Source of the DNA: Chloropicon primus
Taxonomy: Eukaryota
DNA length: 64,000 nt
Direction: 5' to 3'
Assembly: GCA_023205875.1 (NCBI GenBank)
Contig: CP060765.1
Coordinates: 310,001 to 374,000, forward strand
Shown piece after piece: positions 48,234-58,691 of the stretch. Below the pieces are notes generated by a model. It did not search any database. It had not been told where the DNA came from and saw nothing but the letters and a program-made list of their open reading frames with translations. Each line of letters opens with the position of its first letter. The stretch's first letter is position 1. Position numbers and translations under genes: made by a program.

Positions 48234-49754
48234 TTACAATCTTGATACCTTAATCTTGTCCCCAAGCAGGACAGTCCCGTTGAGCTCGCTTATAATCTTA
48301 CTTAAGTCCTCCTCGCTCCCCACCTCGGCAGTCGCCCTCTTTCCCCCGTCCTCGGCCCACGTCACGTTGACATGAACAACCGTCCCGGCCGGCCGCAAGT
48401 GATCTTTCACCTCCTGCCACCCTGCCCTTGGGTTGAGGTTCTCGATTTGGCACCTTGGGGCCTGCGGCCCTTTGCTCACTCTCCTTTCCCTCCACACGCC
48501 CTGCAAGTACCTGCTGCTGTTGTTGTTGTTGTCCAGAAACGCCCTGCACCTGATGGCCTTTCCGTACAGAAGGCTCCTGTCGATCTTCTCGATAGCCATT
48601 TTCGCCATGGCCGTGCTGGAGAGGGTCACCTTGGCCTGCTGGTAGTCATCCGTCTTGTGGAAGAAGATTTTGCTGAACTCGATGTTGGGCACCACCTGCA
48701 GAAAGTGGTTGTTCAGGTCCTCCAGCTCGATCTCCGGGTGGATGTAGTTCACGAAGACGGTGGGCGACAGGGGCTCCTTCTCCTGCATGTCCGAAGAGTG
48801 GTACGCCCGCACTTTCATCGCGGCGCCCCGGAGGATGGACTGGTTCAGCTCCTCGATTGCGTCTTGAGCCTCCTCCGGACTCCCGAACTCCACCACGGCC
48901 TGCCTGTGCATCCTCGTTTGGTCCCACAGCAAGTGCACGAAGAACACGTTCCCTGTCTGCTGGAAGTGCTCCTTCACGTCCTGCCACAGCAGCGACGGGT
49001 CCAGGAAGTCCACGAAGACCTTCTTCTCCACGTTCTTGTGCGCCACCGACTTCTTGTCCAGTTTGCTGAAGTTGTCCTCCCTGACCTTTATCTTCCTCCC
49101 CTGGAAGGTCGCGTCGTTCAGGTTCGCGATGGCGCTCCAAGCGTCCTCGGCCCTCGAGAACACGGCGGTGGCGAACCCTCTGGACTGCCTCGCTCCGTCC
49201 ACCAGGGTGTACTTGATCCTAACCGACTCCAGTTGACCCTCCCTTTCCAAAAATTCTTTCAAGTCGTCCTCGGTCGCCCCATAAGACAAGTTCGTCACGA
49301 ATATGCGCCTGTTGTTGCTGCTGTTCGCCTCCGCCCCCCTTGCACTCTCTGCCTTCAAGGACTCGACACCGACGCCCTCCTCGTCGACAAAAGCCGTGCT
49401 CTTGCCCCTCAGACCTTGGCCTAGGCAGTATCCACCCAAGCCCTTCCCTCCCAAGCCCCTCAGCCAGCTCCAAGTTGGGACAAGTCCTCCAACTGCTCTG
49501 GCCTCAGACGCGAAACCTCTCGGTGCCAACGCCCACCACTCCCTCGCCGCGCGAGTTCCGCCAGCAATCCGATGGTCACCCTTCCATGCCGCAGCCCTCG
49601 CTGGCCGCAAGGGCTTCACCTTCACCTCTCCGGTCAATGAAGAAAACCCTCGAGAGACTCGTGCCGAGGTGTTGGCCAACGAAGTTGCGTTGGCAAAACC
49701 TCGGCAAAACGCCGAGCACTTGATGTACCCATTCGCTGGCCATAATCCGACCAT
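48234..49754 (-). CDS. Multi-RRM RNA-binding protein (Gbp2/hnRNP-M-like) with organellar-type presequence
   Basis: RIFVTNLSY..SRGFATAVF..LNDATFQGRKIKVRED, plus three further degenerate RRMs (two with WQ(D/E)VK(E/D)H). The N-terminus is Arg/Ala/Ser-rich. Confidence 0.78.
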   Translation of the reverse strand: MVGLWPANGYIKCSAFCRGFANATSLANTSARVSRGFSSLTGEVKVKPLRPARAAAWKGDHRIAGGTRAAREWWALAPRGFASEARAVGGLVPTWSWLRGLGGKGLGGYCLGQGLRGKSTAFVDEEGVGVESLKAESARGAEANSSNNRRIFVTNLSYGATEDDLKEFLEREGQLESVRIKYTLVDGARQSRGFATAVFSRAEDAWSAIANLNDATFQGRKIKVREDNFSKLDKKSVAHKNVEKKVFVDFLDPSLLWQDVKEHFQQTGNVFFVHLLWDQTRMHRQAVVEFGSPEEAQDAIEELNQSILRGAAMKVRAYHSSDMQEKEPLSPTVFVNYIHPEIELEDLNNHFLQVVPNIEFSKIFFHKTDDYQQAKVTLSSTAMAKMAIEKIDRSLLYGKAIRCRAFLDNNNNSSRYLQGVWRERRVSKGPQAPRCQIENLNPRAGWQEVKDHLRPAGTVVHVNVTWAEDGGKRATAEVGSEEDLSKIISELNGTVLLGDKIKVSRL

Positions 49755-49873
49755 CTTGAATCCTCCCTTGCCGCCTTGACCTCCCTAGGGTCCTGCCCTC
49801 GATGAAAACACAAACACAATGGAGTCAGTCACCCGAGGCTGCAGATCTCTTTCTCGAGGGTCTCCCTTCCTCC

Positions 49874-49922
49874 ACAGGACGCCAAATCTTTCAACCAAGA
49901 GCTCGTTGGAAAGCTCTTGACC
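49874..49922 (+). promoter_or_regulatory. Bipartite upstream element, copy
   Basis: ACAGGACGCCAAA-N22-GAAAGCTCTTGACC; the GAAAG box is about 154 nt upstream of the RRM-gene ATG. Confidence 0.5.
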
Positions 49923-50024
49923 CAAACCTAGCCACTGCGTCTTGCCCCCGTCCTCTCCGCAACGAACGCGTTCGCATTCTTCGGTCCAACTCTCTCACCT
50001 CTTCCGACGACGGCTCCTCAGCTT

Positions 50025-50056
<32 letters not shown>

Positions 50057-50269
50057 GAGGCCATAAATATCTCAGCAGCGGAGGTGTCCAAGGGCGGAGG
50101 GTCTCTGCCTTGTCGCACGACGGACGTCAAAAGGGGTTCAATCGATCGATCGACGACGACGAACGCGTTCGTTCGTTCCTTCCTTTCTTTCTGGAGGCTT
50201 CTGCTTCTTGGGCGAAGAGGTTGAGTGAGGTAGTGGGATCGATCCACGAGTTCCGAGTTCGAACGAGGA

Positions 50270-51114
50270 ATGGAGGCCAAGTACGATGACGAGACAGGTG
50301 AGTTTCTTTTCGAACGAGTGGGGGAGGGTGGAGGGGTGTGGCATCGGATTCAGGGACGGACACGCGCATCCAAATGGTGATGACGATGTGCGTGCGTGTG
50401 CGTGTGTGTGTGTGTGTTTGGATTTCCCAGGCCACGAGCAATTACCTTCCGTCTTCCTCTTCGAAGGTCTTGGCTGTGTGTGGTGAGAGGGGAGAGGCCT
50501 CTCCTTCTCAGTGCTTTCTTCTTCCTTGGCCCTTGGCCTTGGATTGCGATTTTGGCGGACGACTTACCCAATATGCTCGCACTGTGTTTCATCTCCCTCC
50601 TGCTGCGCTGCTGCTGCTGCTGGGCTCTCCACTCTGCCACGTCGTCTGTGCTGCAGGCGTGCCGCTGAACGAGGCGGGTCGCCGGGTGGTGGAGAGGGCC
50701 ACGGCGAAGGGGTCTCTGGACGATGGAAATGCTGGACAGAAAGGATCCTCCGAGGTGCTGGACAAGATTCCAGCGGTAGAGATAGCAGAGGGGAAGTGGA
50801 AGTACGTTCAGATCGAGCTGACGGCTCCCGGGGAACCGCCCAAGCTCGTGGTTCGAAACACCGCGGGGCTCCCCTACCACCCGGACATGTACTATGCGGC
50901 GATGGACAAGCTCGAGAAGGAGGGGCTCGGCCAAGTGAAGGGTCGCGTCATTGGTGGCGGAAGGATAGAGTACTACCCGGAGCAAAAGACGGTGTCCATA
51001 TACGGCTATAGCAAAACGTTCGGAAGGGTCAAGGGCTGCAACCAGAAGTCTGCAGAGATCGTAGAGCTGGCTTACCCGGATCACAAAGTGAGTTGGAGCG
51101 ATGATGGGTACTAG
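50270..51114 (+). CDS. Janus/Ocnus family 14-kDa phosphohistidine phosphatase-like (2 exons: 50270-50297, 50657-51114)
   Basis: IPAVEIAEGKWKYVQI, YHPDMY, GGGRIE, IYGYSKTFGR and WSDDGY match PHPT1. A GTGAGT...GCAG intron 50298-50656 gives MEAKYDDETG-VPLNE. Confidence 0.8.
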
Positions 51115-51210
51115 CGCGCCAGAGGCAGGAGAGAGCAAAACCCCCACAATCATTCTTTTTATTTTTGATATTCCAAAAGATATACTACATTTCTCTCTCG
51201 CTCCGTCGCT

Positions 51211-52302
51211 TTACTTTCCTTCCTGTTTGAGCTTCTGCCTCCTCAAGTACTCCTTCTTTGCTTCCTTCATCTTGGAGATGTACTTCTCGTCCTTGTACTC
51301 CTTTTGCTTTGGACCCCACTCGTCGCCGTGGTAAATGTCCCACTTCTTGACGCACTTGTCAAACACAAAGTGCTTCAAAAGGAGCTGGGCGCCGAAGACA
51401 AGGGGGATCATCCACTTGTTCTTACTGTCCGGGCTCTTGCCCCTCGTGTCGTACTCGTACGGCTGGGCCTGAGTCGACAGCTCCACTATCTTCTGCAGCA
51501 GGTTTGGCAGGGCCACCGTGCCATCGGGGAGGACGCGCTCCGACGACCAATTCCTGGCGCACTTGGAGGAGTTCTCGATCACCGCGGACTCCAGCTTCGT
51601 TCCGGCGTACTTGGATATCGCGCCCTGCAGGCCCTCCACCCTCGATGCCACCATCTCTGCGTAGGTCTCCCCCTTCGGAGGCTCCAGCTCACCGTGCGTG
51701 AGAACGAGGAGCGCGTTCGACCACAGCTCCGCTCCGAGCAACCGGGACACCTCCTCGAAGACCTCCTTGTCGAGGGCAGACACGTCGTAGATGTCCAGCC
51801 TGTCCACGTAGAGCACCACGTCGATGGGCTGCTCCTTTGCGATGTCGGCGATGGTGTTCAAAGTCGCCTCGTGGATGCGGTCCCCTATCACCAACCCCGG
51901 CGTGTCGATGAGAGTGAGGGTGAACTCGCCCAGAGTTCTCGAAATCGCGGTCGGCTTGTCGATCGTGGACACCCCGTACGGGTTCACCTTCTGCTTCCTC
52001 TCGCCGATGACGTGGTTCACCGTCGAGCTCTTTCCCACGCCGTTCTTCCCCAGGAGCAAAACAGTCAGCTCGGTCCTGCCCTGGTCGAGCAGCTTGTTGA
52101 AGGTGGTCTGGAAGACGCCCTGCGTCGCCACAGGGAAGTGCTTGAACGTCGTCCACTCTCCCACATCCTGCTCAATGTCCGCGAGCAGAAGACCAGCACC
52201 AGTTTGACTCCTTCCGCTGCCTCCCTCCTCCTCGTACTCCTCAATCTCCTCTCCCTCTTCCACCCACTCCTCCTCGTTCTCCCCTTCCGTCCCGCGTCCC
52301 AT
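51211..52302 (-). CDS. TOC34: Chloroplast outer-envelope translocon GTPase Toc34
   Basis: LTVLLLGKNGVGKSSTVN, IDTPGL, DVVLYVDRLD, LVLTH, IENS, LPDG and a C-terminal hydrophobic anchor WMIPLVFGAQ. Confidence 0.88.
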   Translation of the reverse strand: MGRGTEGENEEEWVEEGEEIEEYEEEGGSGRSQTGAGLLLADIEQDVGEWTTFKHFPVATQGVFQTTFNKLLDQGRTELTVLLLGKNGVGKSSTVNHVIGERKQKVNPYGVSTIDKPTAISRTLGEFTLTLIDTPGLVIGDRIHEATLNTIADIAKEQPIDVVLYVDRLDIYDVSALDKEVFEEVSRLLGAELWSNALLVLTHGELEPPKGETYAEMVASRVEGLQGAISKYAGTKLESAVIENSSKCARNWSSERVLPDGTVALPNLLQKIVELSTQAQPYEYDTRGKSPDSKNKWMIPLVFGAQLLLKHFVFDKCVKKWDIYHGDEWGPKQKEYKDEKYISKMKEAKKEYLRRQKLKQEGK

Positions 52303-52971
52303 CCTCCAACACGACCAACCCAAGCCCCCAGTCTCCGAGTCTTCGAGTCTTCGAACCCAGCTCACTCACTCACTCACCCACTCACTCACCCTCTCGCCTC
52401 ACTCGCTCTGCATTGCATCAGAGATTGATTGGGATGCAGAACAACAGCAACAAAAACTTTCTCAGTCAGTGAAACCATTCCTCCACCATTTCTTTCGAGG
52501 AAAGAATCGTACGAAAGAGAAACACACGGTACTTCCGTTCGTTCAGTCCGCATCGGTCGAAACCCCTCCAGACCGTCGTCCTGTCCACCGCAATCGATCA
52601 CTCACCTTCTCGTGTTCGACCTCGTCCTATCCTTATCCTTATTGCGGCGCCCGTCGGTTTTATGATGTACACAAAGTCGTCAAACAAGTGCAATCAAAAA
52701 TCAGGCTAGGGCCATCAACAGAGAGTGGAGAGGTGTGGGAGGGTGAGTGTTGCGGAGGGTGTGTGCGACGAGGACGACGAGAAGGACGAACGGAGGTGTG
52801 ATCAGTGGATTTATTGTCTTGTCCTCTTTCGAATGACCTATTGGTCGACGCACTGGGTGAAGATTGGAGGCACTGAACGACTTTTGTGCTCTTCTACAAA
52901 GCAAGTGGTGTGGTCACCATCATCAGGGGGAGAGAGAGTTTAGGGAGTGCGTGCGGCGAGATCTGGTTGCG

Positions 52972-53187
52972 ATGACGACGAGGACGACGGCAGAGGATGA
53001 GCGGAATGACAGAGTGCTCATCAGCATACTGACTGCTGGCATGCTCATCTTCCTGGTCTCGGAGGTGGTCAATTACATCAAGTCTAAGCGGAGTCTCAGG
53101 AACACTGTGGAGTCCTGCCGGGTGCCACCCGGCCAGGAGAACGGGAACGGGAGCGGGAGGGCGATCGAGTCAACCAAAGAGGACTAG
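52972..53187 (+). CDS. Possible 71-aa single-pass membrane protein
   Basis: One hydrophobic helix (VLISILTAGMLIFLVSEVV) followed by basic residues; coding-like composition and an AT-rich 3' flank. Confidence 0.4.
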   Translation: MTTRTTAEDERNDRVLISILTAGMLIFLVSEVVNYIKSKRSLRNTVESCRVPPGQENGNGSGRAIESTKED

Positions 53188-53301
53188 CGTGGACTAGCAT
53201 AGCAAAAAATTGTTTCATAAAATTTATGTATATATATATAGAGAGAAAAATCTTTGGTGGTGGCCGCCTCACCTGTGAGCCTTGGACCTCCCACCGCGGC
53301 G

Positions 53302-54817
53302 CTAGGCCTCGTCCACGTCCATGGCGTCCTGCCCCCCCTCTTTCTTTATTAGGTCGCTCACCTTCACCTTCAGGTCCTTGTACTTGGTCAAGAAAGGGTG
53401 GTTGAGCAAGTCCTGGACTTTCGCCCTCTGCTCTGGCTGCTTGCACAGGCACCGGGCCACAAAGTCTCTGAACTCCGCAGAGAACTGGTTCGCGGGAAGC
53501 TCCGGGGGTGGGTTCTCCACAATGTAGTGCAGGAGGTCCCAAAAGCTGAGCTTCATCGGCTGCGACTCCTGCTCGCTACCTGGTTCAGTCGGGGGGTACG
53601 GGAACCTACCGAGGGCGCACTCCACGAGCGACAGGCCCAGGCTCCAGATGTCCGAGTCGTAGCCGTACTTCTGCCCCGAAATGCGTTCCGGAGACATGTA
53701 CGTTATCGTGCCGACCCAAGACACGCACTTCGAGACCGAGTTCGCGAGCTGCCCCGAGACACCAAAGTCCGTGATCTTCACCTCCCCGTTCTGGTTCAGG
53801 AGCAGATTGCTCGGCTTGATGTCCCTGTGCAATATCCTCCTCTCCTTGTGAAGGTAAAGAAGACCCAGAAGCACTTGTCGAGATATCTCCGCGAGGTACT
53901 TTTCCGGGATCTTTCCGTGGTCCATCAACACCTGAAGCAGTGAACCCCCGTCCATGTACTCCATCACAATCGTTATCGCACCCGAGTCATAGAAGGCCTG
54001 GTGGTACTTGATCACGTACTCGGAAGAAGCCTCGTACAGCGCCCTCAGCTCTTGATTAATCTGCTTCCTCACCTAGGGGTTGCGACGAGAGGAAGGGAGT
54101 GTGTCAGCACCCAAGCAAGGCGCAGAGGTTTTCAGGAACCCTGGCGGAAGTTTCAGGAACCCTAGCTTCAACCGCCCACACTCTCGACTACTCACCTGGT
54201 CTTCCACGTTGAGCTGAATGACTTTGAGAGCAAGAACATCTCCCGTGTGCTTGTGCTTCACTTTCCTCACGACTCCGCTGCTGCCGCAGCCCAAGACTCC
54301 AATCTGCTCGAGGTCGTCCAACGCCACATTGAAGCCGGTGTCCCCCCCCTCTTCCCCGCTCGCACTCGCCCTGTTGGTGAAGTTCACCCCACTGTTTCCT
54401 CGACAAAAGAGTCCTTCACCCTCGAGCTGCCCCTTGAGACTCTCCTGCGTCCCCACCCGACTGTGCGTCGAGCCCCGCGAAGACAAAGACCTCTCGAACT
54501 CCAGCTGGCTCTCCGAAAGCGACGGGAGGACCCCGGTCTGCTCCTTCTCCCTCGATATCACCAACCCACCTCTGCGATGATGACGATGATGACCGGTGAT
54601 GATGGTGATGATGGTGATGATGATTGTTGATGATACAATGGCGACGACAACGAGGAGTCAGCCTAACATGGAGGGAGGTTTCGTGCGGACGAATAGGAAC
54701 AACGTACCTGCTGATGGTGAGGTCACCTTCCGTGAACGTCCCGCTGTCCGACAGACTGAAAGCCTTCCTTTCCTGATGTGGCACAGTAAGTTGAGGAGGC
54801 TTGGGACGTCGAGACAT
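53302..54817 (-). CDS. MAP kinase kinase, plant group A-like (3 exons: 54817-54708, 54571-54196, 54072-53302)
   Basis: Docking-like MSRRPKPPQLTVP, SGTFTEGDL, GCGSSG, ALKVI, HRDIKPSN and DFGVSGQLANSVSKCVSWVGT (S-X5-S). GT-AG introns 54707-54572 and 54195-54073. Confidence 0.9.
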
Positions 54818-54882
54818 GACGACGACGACGACGACGACGAGGAGGTGACGCAGCAACACAAAGACAACGACGAAGCCAACTT

Positions 54883-54926
<44 letters not shown>

Positions 54927-55009
54927 TCTGCTCCTTGCGACGGGAGAGCTCCCGGTCGACGTCCTGACCTCGACCAACGCCGCGCGAGGACAACAATGAG
55001 AGAAATCAA

Positions 55010-55353
55010 ATCGATTGGGCTTGGCTTGTTGCTCTCCATGATTTCATCCAAGGCAAGGAACGCAACCTCATGGCCCCTAGCTTGCTTTGGGATGGAAGGG
55101 TGGGAGGCAAGGGTAGCATGGACAGGATCCAAAGGCTCCCTCTTGGTCGATCCTCTTCTCTCTTCCCTCTCTTGGTGCCATGGTGATGGATCGATTGGGC
55201 TTGGCTTGTTGCTCTCCATGATTTCATCCAAGGCAAGGAACGCAACCTCATGGCCCCTAGCTTGCTTTGGGATGGAAGGGTGGGAGGCAAGGGTAGCATG
55301 GACAGGATCCAAAGGCTCCCTCTTGGTCGACCCTCTTCTCTCTTCCCTCTCTT
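55010..55353. repeat. Near-perfect tandem duplication, period exactly 180 bp
   Basis: 55010-55173 equals 55190-55353 apart from one mismatch (55151 T versus 55331 C); 16-nt spacer. Confidence 0.95.
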
Positions 55354-55566
55354 CTCTCTCTCTCTCTTGGTTATTGATCCGTGGGTTGGCCTCTTCCTCT
55401 TCCGTGACTGAGTTTGATTTTGAAGCGTAACGGGCGCGAGAGTCGAGTCGAGAGAGAGAGCGACCAAGGGAAGCGACGAGGACGGGACCTGACGCTGGAG
55501 GGAGAGCGACAGGCGGAAGCATCGTCGCCTCGGTGTTTCTAGAGGGCCCTCGCTCGCTCGCTCGCC

Positions 55567-57613
55567 ATGGTGCTCTTCACTCTTGGCGTGAGCCAGGGAG
55601 TCATGTGGTGGTGTCACAAGGAGAGGTACAGCTTCAAGGAGGAGTGTGAGAGGAGCGCGAACGGAGGGAAACTCAGGACGCCTGAACAGTATTACCTGCT
55701 GGGCTTCAAGGACAGGTATCTGGAGAGGGAGTACCTCACGGATTTGATGAGCGTGGAGAGGCGGAGCATCATCTTAGGGTACATCCTGGCCTGTGGCTTG
55801 GTCGCTTGCGGAATCTTCGCCTACGACGTGGCGGGCATCAACACGACGACGGAGGACGTTCTCATGAACCCCGAATCCAAAAGGGACTACGGCCACTCAG
55901 ACATCGACACGTTTCAAGCCATGCTCGATGTCGTGGTGACCCTGGGCTCGCTTCTCCTAGGGTTCCTGGTGACCCTTCTCATCTACTCTCTGGAGAGGCT
56001 CAAGGGCAGGCGCTTGGTCATCTTGTACGTCGCCGAACTGGTTTTCCTCATCTTCATCGCCATGATGGGCTGGGACTTTGCGAAGTTGAGCACGGGATCG
56101 CAAGAGATTGCGTTTCCCATCGGCGGGTGGGTCTACAACCTTGCGTTCTTCTATCTGCCCCCCTTTGTCGTGACCTTCTTCATGTCGCTGCCTTTCGCTC
56201 AAACCTTTTTCATCATCACCGCTGCGTGTTTGGTGTTTTTGGTGATCGTGCCAATCGATAAGAACTTGTACCACCAGCTGAGTTATGGGTACATCAGCGA
56301 GCTGTTCGCTCAAGTGCCGCGCTTGGATGAGGTGTGCAACGCCTCGCCGATCAACAGGTCTGCTTGCTTGGAAAGCACTGTCCTGCGGCTGATCCTGAGT
56401 ATTGTGGTTCTCCTCATCATCGCGTTGGGCATCGTGGTGGTGTCAAAGTTCAGGGACGAGCGCTCGCGGACTGCGTACATCAGCAAGAGGATCATTGCCG
56501 CCCAGAAGGAGCTCGTTTCGGAGCAGAAAAGGCACCAGGAAGAGATGCTGAAGAGGCAGAAGAAGCATCAGGAAGAGCTCATCCACTCGATCTTTCCCAA
56601 AGTCGTTGCAGAGGATCTCATCGCGAAGCAGTCCAGCACCTTCAGGGACATGTCCTCCATGGAGGAATCGATGGAAAACTCCTTGCGTTGTCTGACGATG
56701 AAGCGCGAGAGCGTGAGAGAGTCCACGACAGATTCTGACAGATCGAACAGCAGCTTCAAGAGATTCAAGACCGTCGCCAGAATGCACGAACAGGTCACCG
56801 TCATGTTCACCGACATTGTTGGGTTCACGGCGATGGCGCAGGAGTGCCAGCCCTACGAGGTCATGCACTTTTTGCACAACCTCTTCGTCTCCTTTGACGA
56901 GTTGGTCTCGACCGACTCTCAGCTATGGAAAGTGGAAACAATTGGCGATGCATTCATGGTCGCCAGTGGGTTGAACGCCGGGGAAATGAAGAACGACGAG
57001 GACGCCGAGTGCATCTATAACTCGAAAGATGGAGAGGTGGCCGTTGAACTCCACAGTAACAACACGGTGCACAACATGCGGCCCGAGGCATCCGCGGCGA
57101 CAAGCGACAGGTCGGTGTCTGGTCGCGACTCGTTGTCGTCCTACAGCTACATCTCGAGCGTGTGCGTCTCTAGCCCAACGTGGGAACAGATCGGTCCCGC
57201 TGCCCTTGCGGCCGTCCGCTTCGGCAAAGAGGCAATGGAAGAGGCAGCATTGCATGAGATGCCGAACGGGAAATCTTGCCAAGTGAGAGCCGGAATGCAC
57301 ACCGGCGATGTGTGCTCCGGCGTTGTGGGGAGCCGGATGCCGAGGTACTGCTTGTTCGGCGACACGGTGAATACCGCCAGTAGGATGGAGTCCACGAGCC
57401 TTCCTGGGAGAATGCAGATCTCTCAATCCACGTAAGTCCCTCCCACACTCCCACGCCCACGACTCCTTGTCCTCATCGCTGACTCTTCTCCTCCTTCTCC
57501 TCCGCAGGTACGAATACGTCGTCAACTTGTCGAAAGATTTCGAGTGGGAGAGAAGAGGCACCGTCGACATAAAAGGTAAAGGATCCCTTGAGACCTACTT
57601 CATGAAACTTTAA
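55567..57613 (+). CDS. Multi-TM single-domain guanylyl cyclase (2 exons: 55567-57431, 57508-57613)
   Basis: About 6 TM helices, a coiled coil, FTDIVGFT, WKVETIGDAF and GVVGSRMPRYCLFGDTVNTASRMES. Intron 57432-57507 restores the IKGKG..TYF terminus. Confidence 0.88.
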
Positions 57614-57758
57614 TCCATCATCCATCACCCAGCCCATCGCCCAGCCCTCATCTCCTCTCGGAGATTTGCTCTCGAGGAGCAGAGGAGCTGCCCATCAGGA
57701 TCAGCAGTCGAGCGCCGAAGAGAAAGGAGGAGGGCGCGCGTGAGACGAAGTCATCGCC

Positions 57759-58691
57759 ATGGCGCAAGTACAAGTGACGCAGCAGCCTCTGGTGTACATG
57801 CAGCCTCCGGTGTACACGCAGCCTCCGGGCATCCAGGTCATGACCGCTGACGCGAACACGGTGTTGACTCACTTGCAAGGAGTATACGTAGAGCAAGTCA
57901 GACGCATCCAGGAAGTTCTCGGGTTTGAGATGGCAAACGAGTACGGTAAGACTAACACACACACACGATCTCTGCCGATGTGAGCTGAGTCTGACCTTTT
58001 CGTTTGTGCCCTTTGCTGCTTGCTTTGGTCTCTTCCTCACGTCCAGCGATTTTTCAGCTGGATCCGTCAACGGGGCAGAAAGTTGGCCACGAGATCATGC
58101 ACGCGAAGGAGCGATCGAGAGATTGCTGCACGAGGAATTGCTTGGGTCCATGTCGTTCCGTGACTGCTGACTTGTATATTGTCAACAACGAGCTAAACCC
58201 CATGGCAACTTACACGAAGACTACCGGCATCACTTGGTGTGCCTGCTGCAAAGCGAGAGCGAGCCTGACAACGAACGGGCCTCAGCAAATGGTGCACGAC
58301 GTGGAGAGTCCAAATGCATGCCCTGGATGCACGCCTCTCGCCTTCTCTGTTGCGAACCACAAGTACAGTGCCGATGCCAGCTGCTGTGGAATGATGCCGT
58401 GCAATGCTTATTACTTTGGCGTCACGGACACGAGGAACGGCGCTCCCGCTGGATCGCTCGTCAAGTTACCTCAGACGTGCGGCGACCTGTTGTACAAGAC
58501 TAACAAGGTAAGCATCCCCCCCCGGTGACCGACGGACTGACTTCGGATTACATATTAACAATGCTATGGTTCTCCTTTCCAATTAGTTCACTGTCACCTT
58601 CCCACCGAATGCCAGCATGGATGACAAGGTGACCATGATCTCTGCGGTCCTCCACAGTGACTTCAACTTCTTCGAGCAGAAGAAGAACTAG
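57759..58691 (+). CDS. Phospholipid scramblase (PLSCR) family protein (3 exons: 57759-57945, 58047-58507, 58587-58691)
   Basis: Pro/Gln-rich N-terminus, VEQ..EVLGFEMANEY, AKERS.CCTRNC.GPCR, Cys clusters and C-terminal FTVTFP..DKVTMISA..DFNFFE. Two GT-AG introns keep the frame. Confidence 0.8.

Noticed and set aside
54416..55522. 368-aa ORF with a perfect 60-aa internal repeat
   Set aside because: It reads through the 180-bp duplication and microsatellites; only the MSRRPKPP segment is real (MAPKK exon 1).
6662..58586. Introner-like repeated introns
   Set aside because: The reconstructed introns share no extended similarity beyond splice and branch signals.
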